Shown here: one piece after another, positions 1-8,993 of the stretch
Layout of the letters: each line of letters opens with the position of its first letter
Numbering within the stretch: position 1 is the first letter of the stretch
Source of the DNA: an uncultured virus (IMG/VR IMGVR_UViG_3300035130_000143)
Taxonomy: Duplodnaviria; Heunggongvirae; Uroviricota; Caudoviricetes
Virus record (IMG/VR): IMGVR_UViG_3300035130_000143
Length of the DNA stretch: 20,000 bases
Strand: one strand, 5' to 3'
The notes under the pieces: generated by a model
Told to the model about the DNA's origin: nothing
What the model saw: the letters and a program-made list of their open reading frames with translations, nothing else
The model's database searches: none
Made by a program: the position numbers and the translations under genes

Positions 1-1161
1 GACAAGCACCTCGCCTTGTCCAACCACGCCGTTGTATCCAGACAACTGCAACAGGTTGCGCTGCGTGGTATCCATTGCTACGCTAAATGTTAAGCTGCCG
101 CCTATGTCGCCATTTGTGACATCTAATGATTCGCTCAGGATAAATGCGAACTGGCCTTTAGCGCCAGTAGAAGTGTCTCCATAAAATTCTATGATTCCCA
201 AGTCATCGTCATCAGCAGGGCTGGCGCCGTTTTTGTAAAACTGCAAGCGCCCGCTCAAAGCATCAGCATTAGTATTTTCAATCTCCAGCGTGGGCCATGT
301 GCTATTTGATGACTTTAGAGAAACGTCCACGCTATCAAATAGCCAGTTGACGCCCGTCCATTCTACCTGATTATTGCCGCTGACGTATTGTCCAACACCA
401 TCCGCGCCGTCTCCAAAATTCAATGGCTGGTCATCGGACACCTCAAGCCCGGCGTCAAAATTGTGCAACCCTGACCAGTTAGGTGTCTGGTCCCATATTA
501 CATCCGTCGCGTCAGTTGTCAGCGCATACCCCGCCGCGCCCGGATGCGCGTAGGCTTCCCAGTCAGCCGCGCCGCCCCGGATAATTGCGCCTTGCGCCCA
601 CGAGGCCAGGTCAGTAAGCGGAAGCGGACCGCTCGATAGCACACCCCCTACATTAGATTGCACGGCTCCTGCGCCAAGAGCGCCCAGTGTAATCTGACCG
701 TCAGAACCTTGCACCTGGAGCGCATCGGCTACACCAGTGGCCTCGACGTGAAAATCAACGTCAAGGCCGCCATCGTTGAATTTTATCACGGGCTGCGCGT
801 TGGTGGAAATGATACGTAGATAATTCAGTCCGCCATCGTCGTATAGCGTCAGCGCATCAGCGGCATTATCTGGCACGTACAGGTCGCCGCCGTTCAGATT
901 TAAGTCGCCGCTGGTCAGCACGATCTGGTCGGGCGCGGGCGTTGAATCAAATACGAGCCGTCCGCCGCCGGGCAGGCCAATATAGGCGTCATCGTTCATC
1001 GTCAGGTCATTGACGCTGACCCACGTCACGCCATTATCTTCCAGGTGGTAATATTGATTTCCGGCGGCTGGCAAGACGCCGCCGCCGCCAGTATGAACTT
1101 CCTGGCGCGTGACAAAATAGTGCGTGAGGTTCTCTATTAATTCAGGATTATTTTTTTGCAT
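1..1161 (-). CDS. Putative tail fibre/receptor-binding protein, 3'-truncated by the window edge (at least 387 aa); absent from the ORF track
   Basis: ATG at 1161 overlaps the TAA of the upstream gene (TAATG). The frame is open to position 1: MQKNNPELIENLTHYFVTRQEVHTGGGG...KFNDGGLDVDFHVEATGVADALQVQGSDGQI...YNGVVGQGEVLV. Gly/Asp/Thr-rich beta composition, located after the hub gene. Confidence 0.8.
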   Translation of the reverse strand, partial: MQKNNPELIENLTHYFVTRQEVHTGGGGVLPAAGNQYYHLEDNGVTWVSVNDLTMNDDAYIGLPGGGRLVFDSTPAPDQIVLTSGDLNLNGGDLYVPDNAADALTLYDDGGLNYLRIISTNAQPVIKFNDGGLDVDFHVEATGVADALQVQGSDGQITLGALGAGAVQSNVGGVLSSGPLPLTDLASWAQGAIIRGGAADWEAYAHPGAAGYALTTDATDVIWDQTPNWSGLHNFDAGLEVSDDQPLNFGDGADGVGQYVSGNNQVEWTGVNWLFDSVDVSLKSSNSTWPTLEIENTNADALSGRLQFYKNGASPADDDDLGIIEFYGDTSTGAKGQFAFILSESLDVTNGDIGGSLTFSVAMDTTQRNLLQLSGYNGVVGQGEVLV

Positions 1162-2339
1162 TATGCCGCCTTTGTGCCTAATCCAGTCTGCGCCAATTTT
1201 TGAGCAAACGTGTCAGTTTTGCCCCCGCGCAATTGCAATCCCCAGGGCGCAGTATACGTCACTGATTCGATGAACATGGCGCGGGGGTCCTGGCGCAAGT
1301 CATCTGGTTCGGCCTCGCCCACCAAAAAGTCGGAAAATGCCAGCCATTTGCCAGGCAACACGTGCCAGGGCAGCACGCGCCCCCCGCCCAGGGTGGTGAT
1401 TTTTTGCTCCGGGTCACTCAATTGTTGCTGGTATTCCAGCGTCATTGGAGCCTGTTCGTACACGGGCATTTGATTAGCATAAATTCCAAACAGGTAACGG
1501 TTGTATGATGCGTCGCCAAACGATAGTAGACGCTTTATTACCTGCCAGCCGCTATTTTGTCTATTTTCATACGGCGCTACTTGGCGAGTGTTGCTCGTAA
1601 TTCTCGACCAGCTTGTGTCAATCACGTCATTTAATTGCGCATCCAGCACGGCTATTATTTTGTCCGACAGGTCTATATCCACACCCGCCGCCGCATCGTA
1701 GGGCATTTTATCGTACATATAAATGTAGCCCAGGCATTCGACCGAAACCTGCGGGGCGTTGGCGCTGCCCAGGTTGACGCTTTTTGAATTTGTTGGATAG
1801 GCATTTTCTAATAAATAGGTGGCGAGTTGATCGGCTGCCCGCGCATCGCTGATGTCGCCGCCCGATAGGGACGTGGGCCAATAGCCATATTTTGCAATAG
1901 AATCAGTATCATCCTGACTCAATTGTTTCTGAGCGCCAAATACCGGTGTAACGCCCGTCGTGTCGAGCGTCGTGTACTCTAAATCAACGTCGTTATCCAC
2001 GTCCATCATAGGACCCGCTACAAAATCAAGCGGACCAATGGACGTGCTCACCTTATTGACAAATCCTTCCCAGATGATGACGCTTGCGCTATCTGTTACC
2101 TCGATGTGCCTGCCTAAACCTTCCGTGATCCATTTTTCAAGCTCGCGTTGATTGGTATTGATCTTGAACTGCGCAGACCAGTAACCGCCAATCGCCTGGA
2201 TAGTGTGCGAATAGTTCTCGATTTGCCTGGCGAGCGTGGGCAATACGGGCGTCCCTGGCAATATGTAATTGTCTGGCGAACCGCCAATGATGGGATTGAA
2301 CGCCGTGATGGTGGGCGAAAACTCTTGTTTGTGACTCAT
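1161..2339 (-). CDS. Putative baseplate hub / Tal-like tail tip protein (392 aa)
   Basis: Directly follows the Dit-like gene. Size and motifs (IWEGFVNKV; DTDSIAKYG; FIESVTYT) fit gp27-like hub proteins. ATGA coupling. Confidence 0.65.
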   Translation of the reverse strand: MSHKQEFSPTITAFNPIIGGSPDNYILPGTPVLPTLARQIENYSHTIQAIGGYWSAQFKINTNQRELEKWITEGLGRHIEVTDSASVIIWEGFVNKVSTSIGPLDFVAGPMMDVDNDVDLEYTTLDTTGVTPVFGAQKQLSQDDTDSIAKYGYWPTSLSGGDISDARAADQLATYLLENAYPTNSKSVNLGSANAPQVSVECLGYIYMYDKMPYDAAAGVDIDLSDKIIAVLDAQLNDVIDTSWSRITSNTRQVAPYENRQNSGWQVIKRLLSFGDASYNRYLFGIYANQMPVYEQAPMTLEYQQQLSDPEQKITTLGGGRVLPWHVLPGKWLAFSDFLVGEAEPDDLRQDPRAMFIESVTYTAPWGLQLRGGKTDTFAQKLAQTGLGTKAA

Positions 2340-4915
2340 CGCTCGCCCCGCAGTGACAGGTAGCGCGCGTTGTTGAATGCCTGCATTCTTGCGCCCATCG
2401 AGAAGCGTCCAGCCCAGCCGTCAGTTGTGCCCCCGGTGTCCCAGTTCATCAACAAAAACCAAAGGCGCTGGTCGGCGTTGCTCTGTAGAAATGCCAGCGC
2501 GCCCTTCGTGCGCCAGATGGACAGCACGCGCCCGGTCGTATCGCGCGTCAGCGAGCGAATGGTAGCCTTTGGGTTGGTTGTACTATCAATGCTCAAAGTC
2601 TCATCCTGCGCCACTGCGCCGCCGTCTGTTTTCTCTGTTTTGATCTGAGCGTCTATCAACATTTCGTCAGCGGGCATTAGAATCAGGTCGTAAAAATCAA
2701 GCGTGCCCGCGCCTTGTGAGCTGGCGTGAATCTCGATAATGAGCGTTTCCAATCGCTCGTCGCCCGTCAATACCCCCGTGCCGTCTGGGATGTCAATGCG
2801 GCCCAGGTCTACGATTTCAGGAAAGTCAACGTCTTTCACCGACGCCGGGCTATTGCTACTGTTGTAAGTCTGGTCTCCAATGTCAATAGTGAGTTGGAGT
2901 TCAAAATCATCCACCGCCCCCGCCGTTTGATCTACGCGGGCAAATGCGTGGTACGAACCGTACCATTGCAATGTGGGGTTAATTACGCTTGAGCCAACGT
3001 CCTGAAACGTCCATTTCCACCGGCGCGCCATCGCTACCGCCCCGCCAGGAGACCAGCGCCCTATGCGCTCAGTGGGAGCCTGGGCGCTCGTGGTAATGGT
3101 GGCGGGCGCATCAGCCGTTGCATCTATGGCGGGTATTTCTTGCTGGTCGCTACAGTTCAGATACGGCGTGAAATTTAAGCCCCGCTCGTTGGAGCGCAGA
3201 GCCATAATGACGCGCGCAATGTCAGCGTCCGTACCGTAACGCGCCTGATTGTCAAGCGCAGCGCGCAAAAGCGCCTCAATGTCGCCCAGGACTTGGCCCT
3301 CGTCTGTTTCTACGTAAGGCCAGAGAGTGGTATACACATCGCGGTTCTGTTGTGTCGGGGGCGTGGGCGCCGCCGCCGCCGTGACGATCAAGCGTACCCA
3401 GTAGCCCGTGACGGCGTTCACGGCGTTGGCGGCCCACGTACTTTCCTCTTGCCAATGCACTGAATTGACGCCCGTGGTATCGAGCGGCTGACCGCCGTCG
3501 TCTGTATTGTCAGCCACGGTCAGCGCGGCCCACGCGCCGCCATTCCAAAATTCCCAACCATTGCCAAATGTACAGCCTGTTTGCCCGGCTGACAAATCGA
3601 AAACGAGTGAGAAAAACGGGCCGCCGCCCGTGATACTGCTCAGCGGGCCATCTTCAATGCCAAAATATAGCACATCGTTGACTGCTGGCACAGCGGGCAA
3701 GAGATTGTACGGCGTCCCAGAACCTAGCAGATTGGCCGAAAACACGCCGCCGTCGTCATACCAGACATGTGTCAGGCCCTTGTAATTGTGTTTGTTGGCT
3801 ATGTACACTTCAGCGTCGCACGTTGCGGAGCGCCCAGCGCCTTTGGATGAGATATAGGTAATGTGCAACTCTGCCGGAGCGCCTACGCCGTCCACGATAC
3901 TATAAAACTCACGGTGTATATTCAGCGGCGAGCCATTATCTTCGGCGGCAACGACGATACTATTACCTGACTGCCAATCAGGCTTGTTGATGATGAGTTG
4001 AATCAGGCTCACGAGGCTGGGCGTGTCATATTGATTTCCCATCACCCAGGCCCCAGGATTCCACGCAATGCCCGCGCTCAGGTCGCGGGCTTCCCAGTCA
4101 GTTGTCGTGGTTAGAGTATCCGTATCGGCATCATCCTGGACTTTAACGGACAGCACTGGCGCGCCGCCGTCGTTGGCCGCCGCCTCGTAGCGCACAAGGG
4201 CTGTCGTGATGATACTGCCCTGCGGAATGGTCACGTTCTGAAAGCGCACCAGGCCGTCATATTCAAGGTTCGCAATAGCATTGCCCATATAGTTTGAGTT
4301 TGATGTCAGCGTCATGGCCGGGCTATTGTCATAACTTCCGTCATCGCTATGCAGCACGGGGTAGAAAATATCGTCGGTTTCGTGACCCTCGCCGCCCATC
4401 CCGCTGATTTCAATGCAGGCTTCGTCTCCTGGCGGATTTGCCAGCCAGTTACCGCGCTCAATACTAATGGAAAAGTTGACCATGCCTGGCGTCTTGCCAG
4501 CGAATGGCTCGCGCAAAATCTGGTCCAGGCCAGGAATAGCATAATCATAGATGAGCGCGTAGCGTCTTTCGGTCTCGCACCCCGCCTTGTCTACCCAATA
4601 CACGGGAGTATTTTGCCACGCGGCAGTCCAATACTGGACGGCTTTTTCCATCAGCCGTTCAAGTTCTTGCAACTGATGCGCCCAACTGTCTTGCGTAGCG
4701 GCGCTGGCTGACAACTCTATAGTCTCAATCGCGTTGCCGCGCTGGCGATTCACCAGCCGTCGCCCCTCGGCCAGCGGGGAACTTTGCCACGTCCCGCCGC
4801 CTTTGGCCTGGACGATGGTCATGCGGCGCGATTCGACTTTGAAAAATGGCTCAAGCAATGAAACCGTGCCTGCCGCCGTACCGTCTGTAAATTCTAACAG
4901 TGGATAACTGGTCAT
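2336..4915 (-). CDS. Putative evolved distal tail protein (Dit) with inserted beta-sandwich/carbohydrate-binding-like modules (859 aa)
   Basis: Immediately after TMP. The N-terminal ~160 aa resemble a Dit belt/arm. aa ~180-355 (RFQNVTIPQGSII...ELHITY) and ~380-525 (WEFWNGGAWAALTV...YWVRL) look like separate beta-sandwich modules. Confidence 0.6.
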   Translation of the reverse strand: MTSYPLLEFTDGTAAGTVSLLEPFFKVESRRMTIVQAKGGGTWQSSPLAEGRRLVNRQRGNAIETIELSASAATQDSWAHQLQELERLMEKAVQYWTAAWQNTPVYWVDKAGCETERRYALIYDYAIPGLDQILREPFAGKTPGMVNFSISIERGNWLANPPGDEACIEISGMGGEGHETDDIFYPVLHSDDGSYDNSPAMTLTSNSNYMGNAIANLEYDGLVRFQNVTIPQGSIITTALVRYEAAANDGGAPVLSVKVQDDADTDTLTTTTDWEARDLSAGIAWNPGAWVMGNQYDTPSLVSLIQLIINKPDWQSGNSIVVAAEDNGSPLNIHREFYSIVDGVGAPAELHITYISSKGAGRSATCDAEVYIANKHNYKGLTHVWYDDGGVFSANLLGSGTPYNLLPAVPAVNDVLYFGIEDGPLSSITGGGPFFSLVFDLSAGQTGCTFGNGWEFWNGGAWAALTVADNTDDGGQPLDTTGVNSVHWQEESTWAANAVNAVTGYWVRLIVTAAAAPTPPTQQNRDVYTTLWPYVETDEGQVLGDIEALLRAALDNQARYGTDADIARVIMALRSNERGLNFTPYLNCSDQQEIPAIDATADAPATITTSAQAPTERIGRWSPGGAVAMARRWKWTFQDVGSSVINPTLQWYGSYHAFARVDQTAGAVDDFELQLTIDIGDQTYNSSNSPASVKDVDFPEIVDLGRIDIPDGTGVLTGDERLETLIIEIHASSQGAGTLDFYDLILMPADEMLIDAQIKTEKTDGGAVAQDETLSIDSTTNPKATIRSLTRDTTGRVLSIWRTKGALAFLQSNADQRLWFLLMNWDTGGTTDGWAGRFSMGARMQAFNNARYLSLRGER

Positions 4916-7836
4916 GGTATCGCCTCTGCCAATACGCGTCGGATCATAGCCTCGAATTGCGCCTCGTCCATTCCGCTGTTGATATTATTGCCGCCCAGTT
5001 GAAATGTGTTTTGCGTGCTGTTGCTGACGCCGGCCATCGTGGGCGGCGCAAAAACAGGCGCTTGCGTCATCGTTGTGGCAGACGAGCCGCCAAAGTTCAA
5101 GTCGGCCTGCGTCTGCTCAATGATCTGCTGCATCGCTGCTGTTGTGGCCTCTACGATCTCGGATGCGCTGGCGTCAGCCGTTAGCCCCCCCAACACCTCT
5201 TGAGCATCGAGGCCGTGTTCTTGTACCAGTTTCATCAAATCAAGTTGCTGTTGCAAGAGCTGCATTTGCTGCTGCGCCTCTTGAAATTCTGCAATCCGCG
5301 CCTCTTGTTCAGCGCGTTCGGCGGCCAACCTGGCGCGTTCCGCCTCAAGCTCGCCGATTTGCTGGAGCGCCTTTTGCTGGTCCTCGAGGTCGGCGGTAGG
5401 GTCTTCAAGCGCCCGCCGCCATTGCTCTAGCGACTCATCTACTGTTTTTAGCTCCTCGTCTAGCGGCTTCAGCTCATCCTCTAGCGTCTTCATGGCCGTC
5501 TGGCCCAGGCCAGAAAGCGCGTCAAAGAGTCGGCCTGGCAATTCCTCGGCAGCCTTTGCCGCCGCCTCCATTTCACGTTCTATATCACGCGCCACTTTTT
5601 CGGCTAGCTTTTCGGCCTCTCGCTCAGCCTTTTCTCGCTCGCGCTCTGCATCGCGTTCGGCCTCTTTGCGCTGGCGTTCAGCCTCTTTTTCGACCTCTTT
5701 GGCCGCGCGCTCGGCTTCTTTTTCAGCTTCTTTGATAGCCTCGGCCTGCGCTTTTGTAGCTTCAATGGAACCAACTTGTGTATCAATGAGTGCATCCAAT
5801 TGCGCCCGGTAGTCTTCCATCGAAAGTGTACCGCTTGCAAGTCTGGCGTTTAGCGCGTCCATGCCCTCGGCCAGCGCGCGCCCTTCCTCACCAACCAGGC
5901 CATAATCGTCTTGAACGCCGCGCACAAGCTCTTGATATTCTTCAAGCGACAGCGCGCCCTCGTCAAGCAATTGGTTCAGGCCATCTATCGCCGCGCTTGC
6001 GGCTCCGGCGGCGTCAACGTCGCTCAGGGCTTCAGCCTGTTCCAATAATGCAACCGTGTGCTCTTGCGCGGCCTGCGCGGCTTCCTCTTGCCGCTGGCGC
6101 GTTTCCTCAAGTTTTTGTTGATAAGCTTCCTGTTTTTCTCTGCTTTCCTCAAGCGCCCATACGAGCCGTTTTTGCGCCGCCTCTTCCTCATCGGTGACAA
6201 TCACGCCGTCCTCTTTGGCTTTTATCAGCGTGAACATTTTGGCATCCACTGCGGACATGGCCTCGTCAACGGCCTTTAATTCCTCAGCGGTCATCTTGAT
6301 GGCATCAATGTCGGCCTCGCGGGCGGCTTTCGCTTCAATTTCAGCCCAGGTCAACCCCTGCGTAGCCTGAATTGAATCCATGATGGCCTCTTGATTTTCG
6401 CGTTCAGCGTTAGTCAAGTTTTCCCAATCTACTTTGGATTGCTGAATGCGCTTGTGCATTTCAAATGAGGCCTGGTCCACGGCGACGATAGACTGGCCCG
6501 TCTCTTTTAGCGCCTCATTGGCAAGCTCCACCTGGGTTATGTATTGACTATAGTTTTCTGTTCCTTCCTGTATTTCCCGATCAAGCGCAGAGACCGCAGC
6601 GCCCATCGTGGCGGCAAATTCCGCGTCAGTGCCCAACATATCCCCCAGGATGCCGCCAGTGACAATATTCTTGTTGTATTTCTCGGTTGCCTGCTCCATC
6701 TTGGCGGCGATAGAGTCTATTTCCGCGCCCCACGCCGTACTTCCTGCTGTCAGGTCTTTTAGCCCGTCGGCAACTCCCGCGCCGCTCTCCCGGGCGGCGT
6801 CTTGGGCCTTTTCCATTTTTTCAAATTGTGCATCTGCCCGTTCAAGCGCAGCTACCAAAATGGCAAGCTCTACACCTAGCGCGCCCAGGGCCTTGCCAGA
6901 TGTGCCCAATTTTTCAATGAGCGGCCCCAGGCCCCCGCTGAATTTTGTAGCAATGCCAAACGCGCCAGTCATGGCTGTTACCAGCGCGATAGTTGAGCTT
7001 TCCATCTCTGCGATAGTCCCAGCGGCCACCCCTGCAGCCCCGGCCAGCTTTTGTCCAACCTCAATGCGTGTGTCCTCGATCTTGGCCCGCGCCTGCTCCA
7101 TTTTGGCGGCGTTGTCCTCGACTCTATCGCCTAGCGTCGCCAGGCTACGCTCGCTGGCCTCGAACACGGCTTGGGCAAACGCCTGCTCTCGCGTCATGTC
7201 AAAATTAGCCTCTTGCAACTCTATGATGCGCTCGCGCACATAGCCCGCGCTCAGGCCGTAGGCATCGAGACGGGGAATTGAGGTATTTGCAAGCATTAGC
7301 GCAAAGTCACTAACCCTATCGCCCGCGCTTTGCGTCTGGTCTCCCAGTCGGGTGGCCGCCTCAACTACCTTTTCCATTTCGGCGGCGTTGCCGACAATGC
7401 CCATCTGCAACAACTGTGAGGCCGATGTCATGGCCTCCATCTTGTTGACGGTCCCGCCCGCGCCGCGCTGGAACGCTTCAAGGTTTGCAGCCGCGCCCCC
7501 GGCCTGTTCAGCAAAAGCCTCAAAGCGCGCTTGCTGGCGGTCGAAATTAGCGCCCAGTTCTGCCAGCCCCAGCCCGGAGCGGATCAACTCCTCGGCTTGT
7601 GAATAGGCTTTTTCGACAAGCTCAACGCTGGCGGCCAACTCAACGTTGCTCTGGGCCGATTCCTCAATAGACGTATCAACCCCCTTGAGCGCCTGCGACA
7701 TCTGCATAGCGCCAGATTTCGCCTCGCCGGTAGCCGCCTCCATAGCATCAAGCCCGGCCAGGTAGCGGTCTAGCCCGGCTTGAAATTGTTCATCCAGGAG
7801 TACGGCTTCTAGCCCTATTCGCTCGCCGTCCGTCAT
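4912..7836 (-). CDS. Tail tape measure protein (974 aa; start revised from 7872 to 7836)
   Basis: Long Ala/Glu/Gln-rich helical protein with a hydrophobic Gly/Ala stretch and a typical C-terminus (NSTQNTFQL...QFEAMIRRVLAEAI). ATG at 7836 has a GAGGAG RBS and overlaps the TGA of the TAC extension (ATGA). Confidence 0.9.
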   Translation of the reverse strand: MTDGERIGLEAVLLDEQFQAGLDRYLAGLDAMEAATGEAKSGAMQMSQALKGVDTSIEESAQSNVELAASVELVEKAYSQAEELIRSGLGLAELGANFDRQQARFEAFAEQAGGAAANLEAFQRGAGGTVNKMEAMTSASQLLQMGIVGNAAEMEKVVEAATRLGDQTQSAGDRVSDFALMLANTSIPRLDAYGLSAGYVRERIIELQEANFDMTREQAFAQAVFEASERSLATLGDRVEDNAAKMEQARAKIEDTRIEVGQKLAGAAGVAAGTIAEMESSTIALVTAMTGAFGIATKFSGGLGPLIEKLGTSGKALGALGVELAILVAALERADAQFEKMEKAQDAARESGAGVADGLKDLTAGSTAWGAEIDSIAAKMEQATEKYNKNIVTGGILGDMLGTDAEFAATMGAAVSALDREIQEGTENYSQYITQVELANEALKETGQSIVAVDQASFEMHKRIQQSKVDWENLTNAERENQEAIMDSIQATQGLTWAEIEAKAAREADIDAIKMTAEELKAVDEAMSAVDAKMFTLIKAKEDGVIVTDEEEAAQKRLVWALEESREKQEAYQQKLEETRQRQEEAAQAAQEHTVALLEQAEALSDVDAAGAASAAIDGLNQLLDEGALSLEEYQELVRGVQDDYGLVGEEGRALAEGMDALNARLASGTLSMEDYRAQLDALIDTQVGSIEATKAQAEAIKEAEKEAERAAKEVEKEAERQRKEAERDAEREREKAEREAEKLAEKVARDIEREMEAAAKAAEELPGRLFDALSGLGQTAMKTLEDELKPLDEELKTVDESLEQWRRALEDPTADLEDQQKALQQIGELEAERARLAAERAEQEARIAEFQEAQQQMQLLQQQLDLMKLVQEHGLDAQEVLGGLTADASASEIVEATTAAMQQIIEQTQADLNFGGSSATTMTQAPVFAPPTMAGVSNSTQNTFQLGGNNINSGMDEAQFEAMIRRVLAEAIP
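5566..5730 (-). repeat. About five 11-residue E/K/R/A-rich repeats within the tape measure protein
   Basis: EAEKEAERAAK / EVEKEAERQRK / EAERDAERERE / KAEREAEKLAE / KVARDIEREME. Confidence 0.6.
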
Positions 7837-8093
7837 GTCTCCTCTTTTGGCCTGCTCAAGTATGCAATCCAATCACTCATAGTGCGCTCTGATTTCCATA
7901 CCTCGACCATTCTGCCGCGATGCTCGTCGCTCAATTCGTCCCAGATATGGAGTGGAACGCGCCAGGCGTAGGCCGCCCGGTCGTAGGTGAACTGTTGATT
8001 ATGATACCAACTGCCTAGCGATCCGGACGCTTTTGCTAACACCTCACGAATTTGTGATAGCGTCCAGCCGTCCGATTTGTTCCATCGCACGTC
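7833..8093 (-). CDS. Tail assembly chaperone C-terminal extension (gpT-like), probably expressed by +1 frameshift
   Basis: ORF in the +1 frame overlapping the TAC 3' end, with no RBS before GTG 8090. Ends in ATGA coupled to TMP. WDELSDEHRGRMV helical motif. Confidence 0.7.
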   Translation of the reverse strand, partial: DVRWNKSDGWTLSQIREVLAKASGSLGSWYHNQQFTYDRAAYAWRVPLHIWDELSDEHRGRMVEVWKSERTMSDWIAYLSRPKEET

Positions 8094-8613
8094 GAAATGT
8101 ATCGGCGGCTAATTGCCGCCCCGCCTCTGTAAAATTGCTCTGACCCTGGATGAGCTTAACCAGCCAAATTAACTCCTGATTGGAAACCACGACCTCGGTT
8201 TCTATCCAGTGCATTTTGCGCTCGTCTGGGTCTTCTGGTATTTCGAGCCCGCGCCGCTCTTGTTTTTCTACCCAGCCGTTTTCGGGCGGGTCCGGCATTC
8301 CATCCAGTAGATAAACGCGCGCCGTGCGCGTCCATACCAGCCCGTTAAGCTCACGCCTTAGTTCAATATAGCGCGCCCAAAGCGCCTTTTCTTCCTCTGT
8401 GCCGTCTAGTATGGTTTTCTCGGTGTGCGTGCGCGTTTCGGTCCAATTGCCAAACGGGCCGCCGCCGCACTTGATCTCGTAGGTGGGCCGCTCTGGCATA
8501 GCGCCGTGCTCTTTTTCAAATTCTGCTTGTACCTGGGCACGCACCTTTGTAATGAGGAAATCCGACACGGGGCGCAATTCTAATTCTGTGCCGTTTTGCG
8601 TAATGTGTGTCAT
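8044..8613 (-). CDS. Tail assembly chaperone (gpG-like, 189 aa)
   Basis: Lies between the tube-like genes and TMP, charged and helical, with an overlapping downstream ORF as in G/GT pairs. Confidence 0.75.
   Translation of the reverse strand: MTHITQNGTELELRPVSDFLITKVRAQVQAEFEKEHGAMPERPTYEIKCGGGPFGNWTETRTHTEKTILDGTEEEKALWARYIELRRELNGLVWTRTARVYLLDGMPDPPENGWVEKQERRGLEIPEDPDERKMHWIETEVVVSNQELIWLVKLIQGQSNFTEAGRQLAADTFRRAMEQIGRLDAITNS
8092..8100 (-). promoter_or_regulatory. Candidate +1 ribosomal frameshift site ACA_TTT_CGA
   Basis: In-frame UUU_CGA, 4 codons after a TAG that closes the +1 frame upstream. tRNA-Phe can re-pair from UUU to UUC. Confidence 0.6.
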
Positions 8614-8990
8614 GATATTGTCCCCCAGTTGGGAGTTTCAATATCGCAGGTAAAGGCTATTTTGATCCTTAGCATGTTCCCGTTAGCCTCAACGGCATTC
8701 GGTATACGTCTATCGTCTATTTTGCAATCCACGAAACGGTGCATTAAAACACCGTTGATGCACGCCTCGTTTTTGGGGCCGCATTCGGTGTAATAAAGCT
8801 CGAACGCTTCACCATCTAGCATTGTAATTAAATCTTGTCGAAAAGGAAGCGCGCCAATCAGGCGAAAACCCATAACGGGATTGAATTGTATCTCTGACAC
8901 ACAAATATGATCGAGATACAGCAAGTCTCCGTTGGTTTTTTTCCAAAAAAGCGCCGTACCATCATTAGTTATTGGAAGTCCCGGTATCAT
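8610..8990 (-). CDS. Short divergent paralogue of the putative tail-tube domain (126 aa; start revised from 9050 to 8990)
   Basis: ATG 8990 is preceded by AAGGGGACAAAAA. DCKIDDRRIPNAVEANGNML aligns by eye to DCTFTDDPIENAVETEADTL of 10599..12077, and FELYY to FNLYV. Confidence 0.65.
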   Translation of the reverse strand: MIPGLPITNDGTALFWKKTNGDLLYLDHICVSEIQFNPVMGFRLIGALPFRQDLITMLDGEAFELYYTECGPKNEACINGVLMHRFVDCKIDDRRIPNAVEANGNMLRIKIAFTCDIETPNWGTIS

Positions 8991-8993
8991 TTT

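Noticed and set aside
7837..7872. TTG start at 7872 for the TMP
   Set aside because: ATG 7836 has a GAGGAG RBS and ATGA coupling, and the extra codons overlap the TAC extension.
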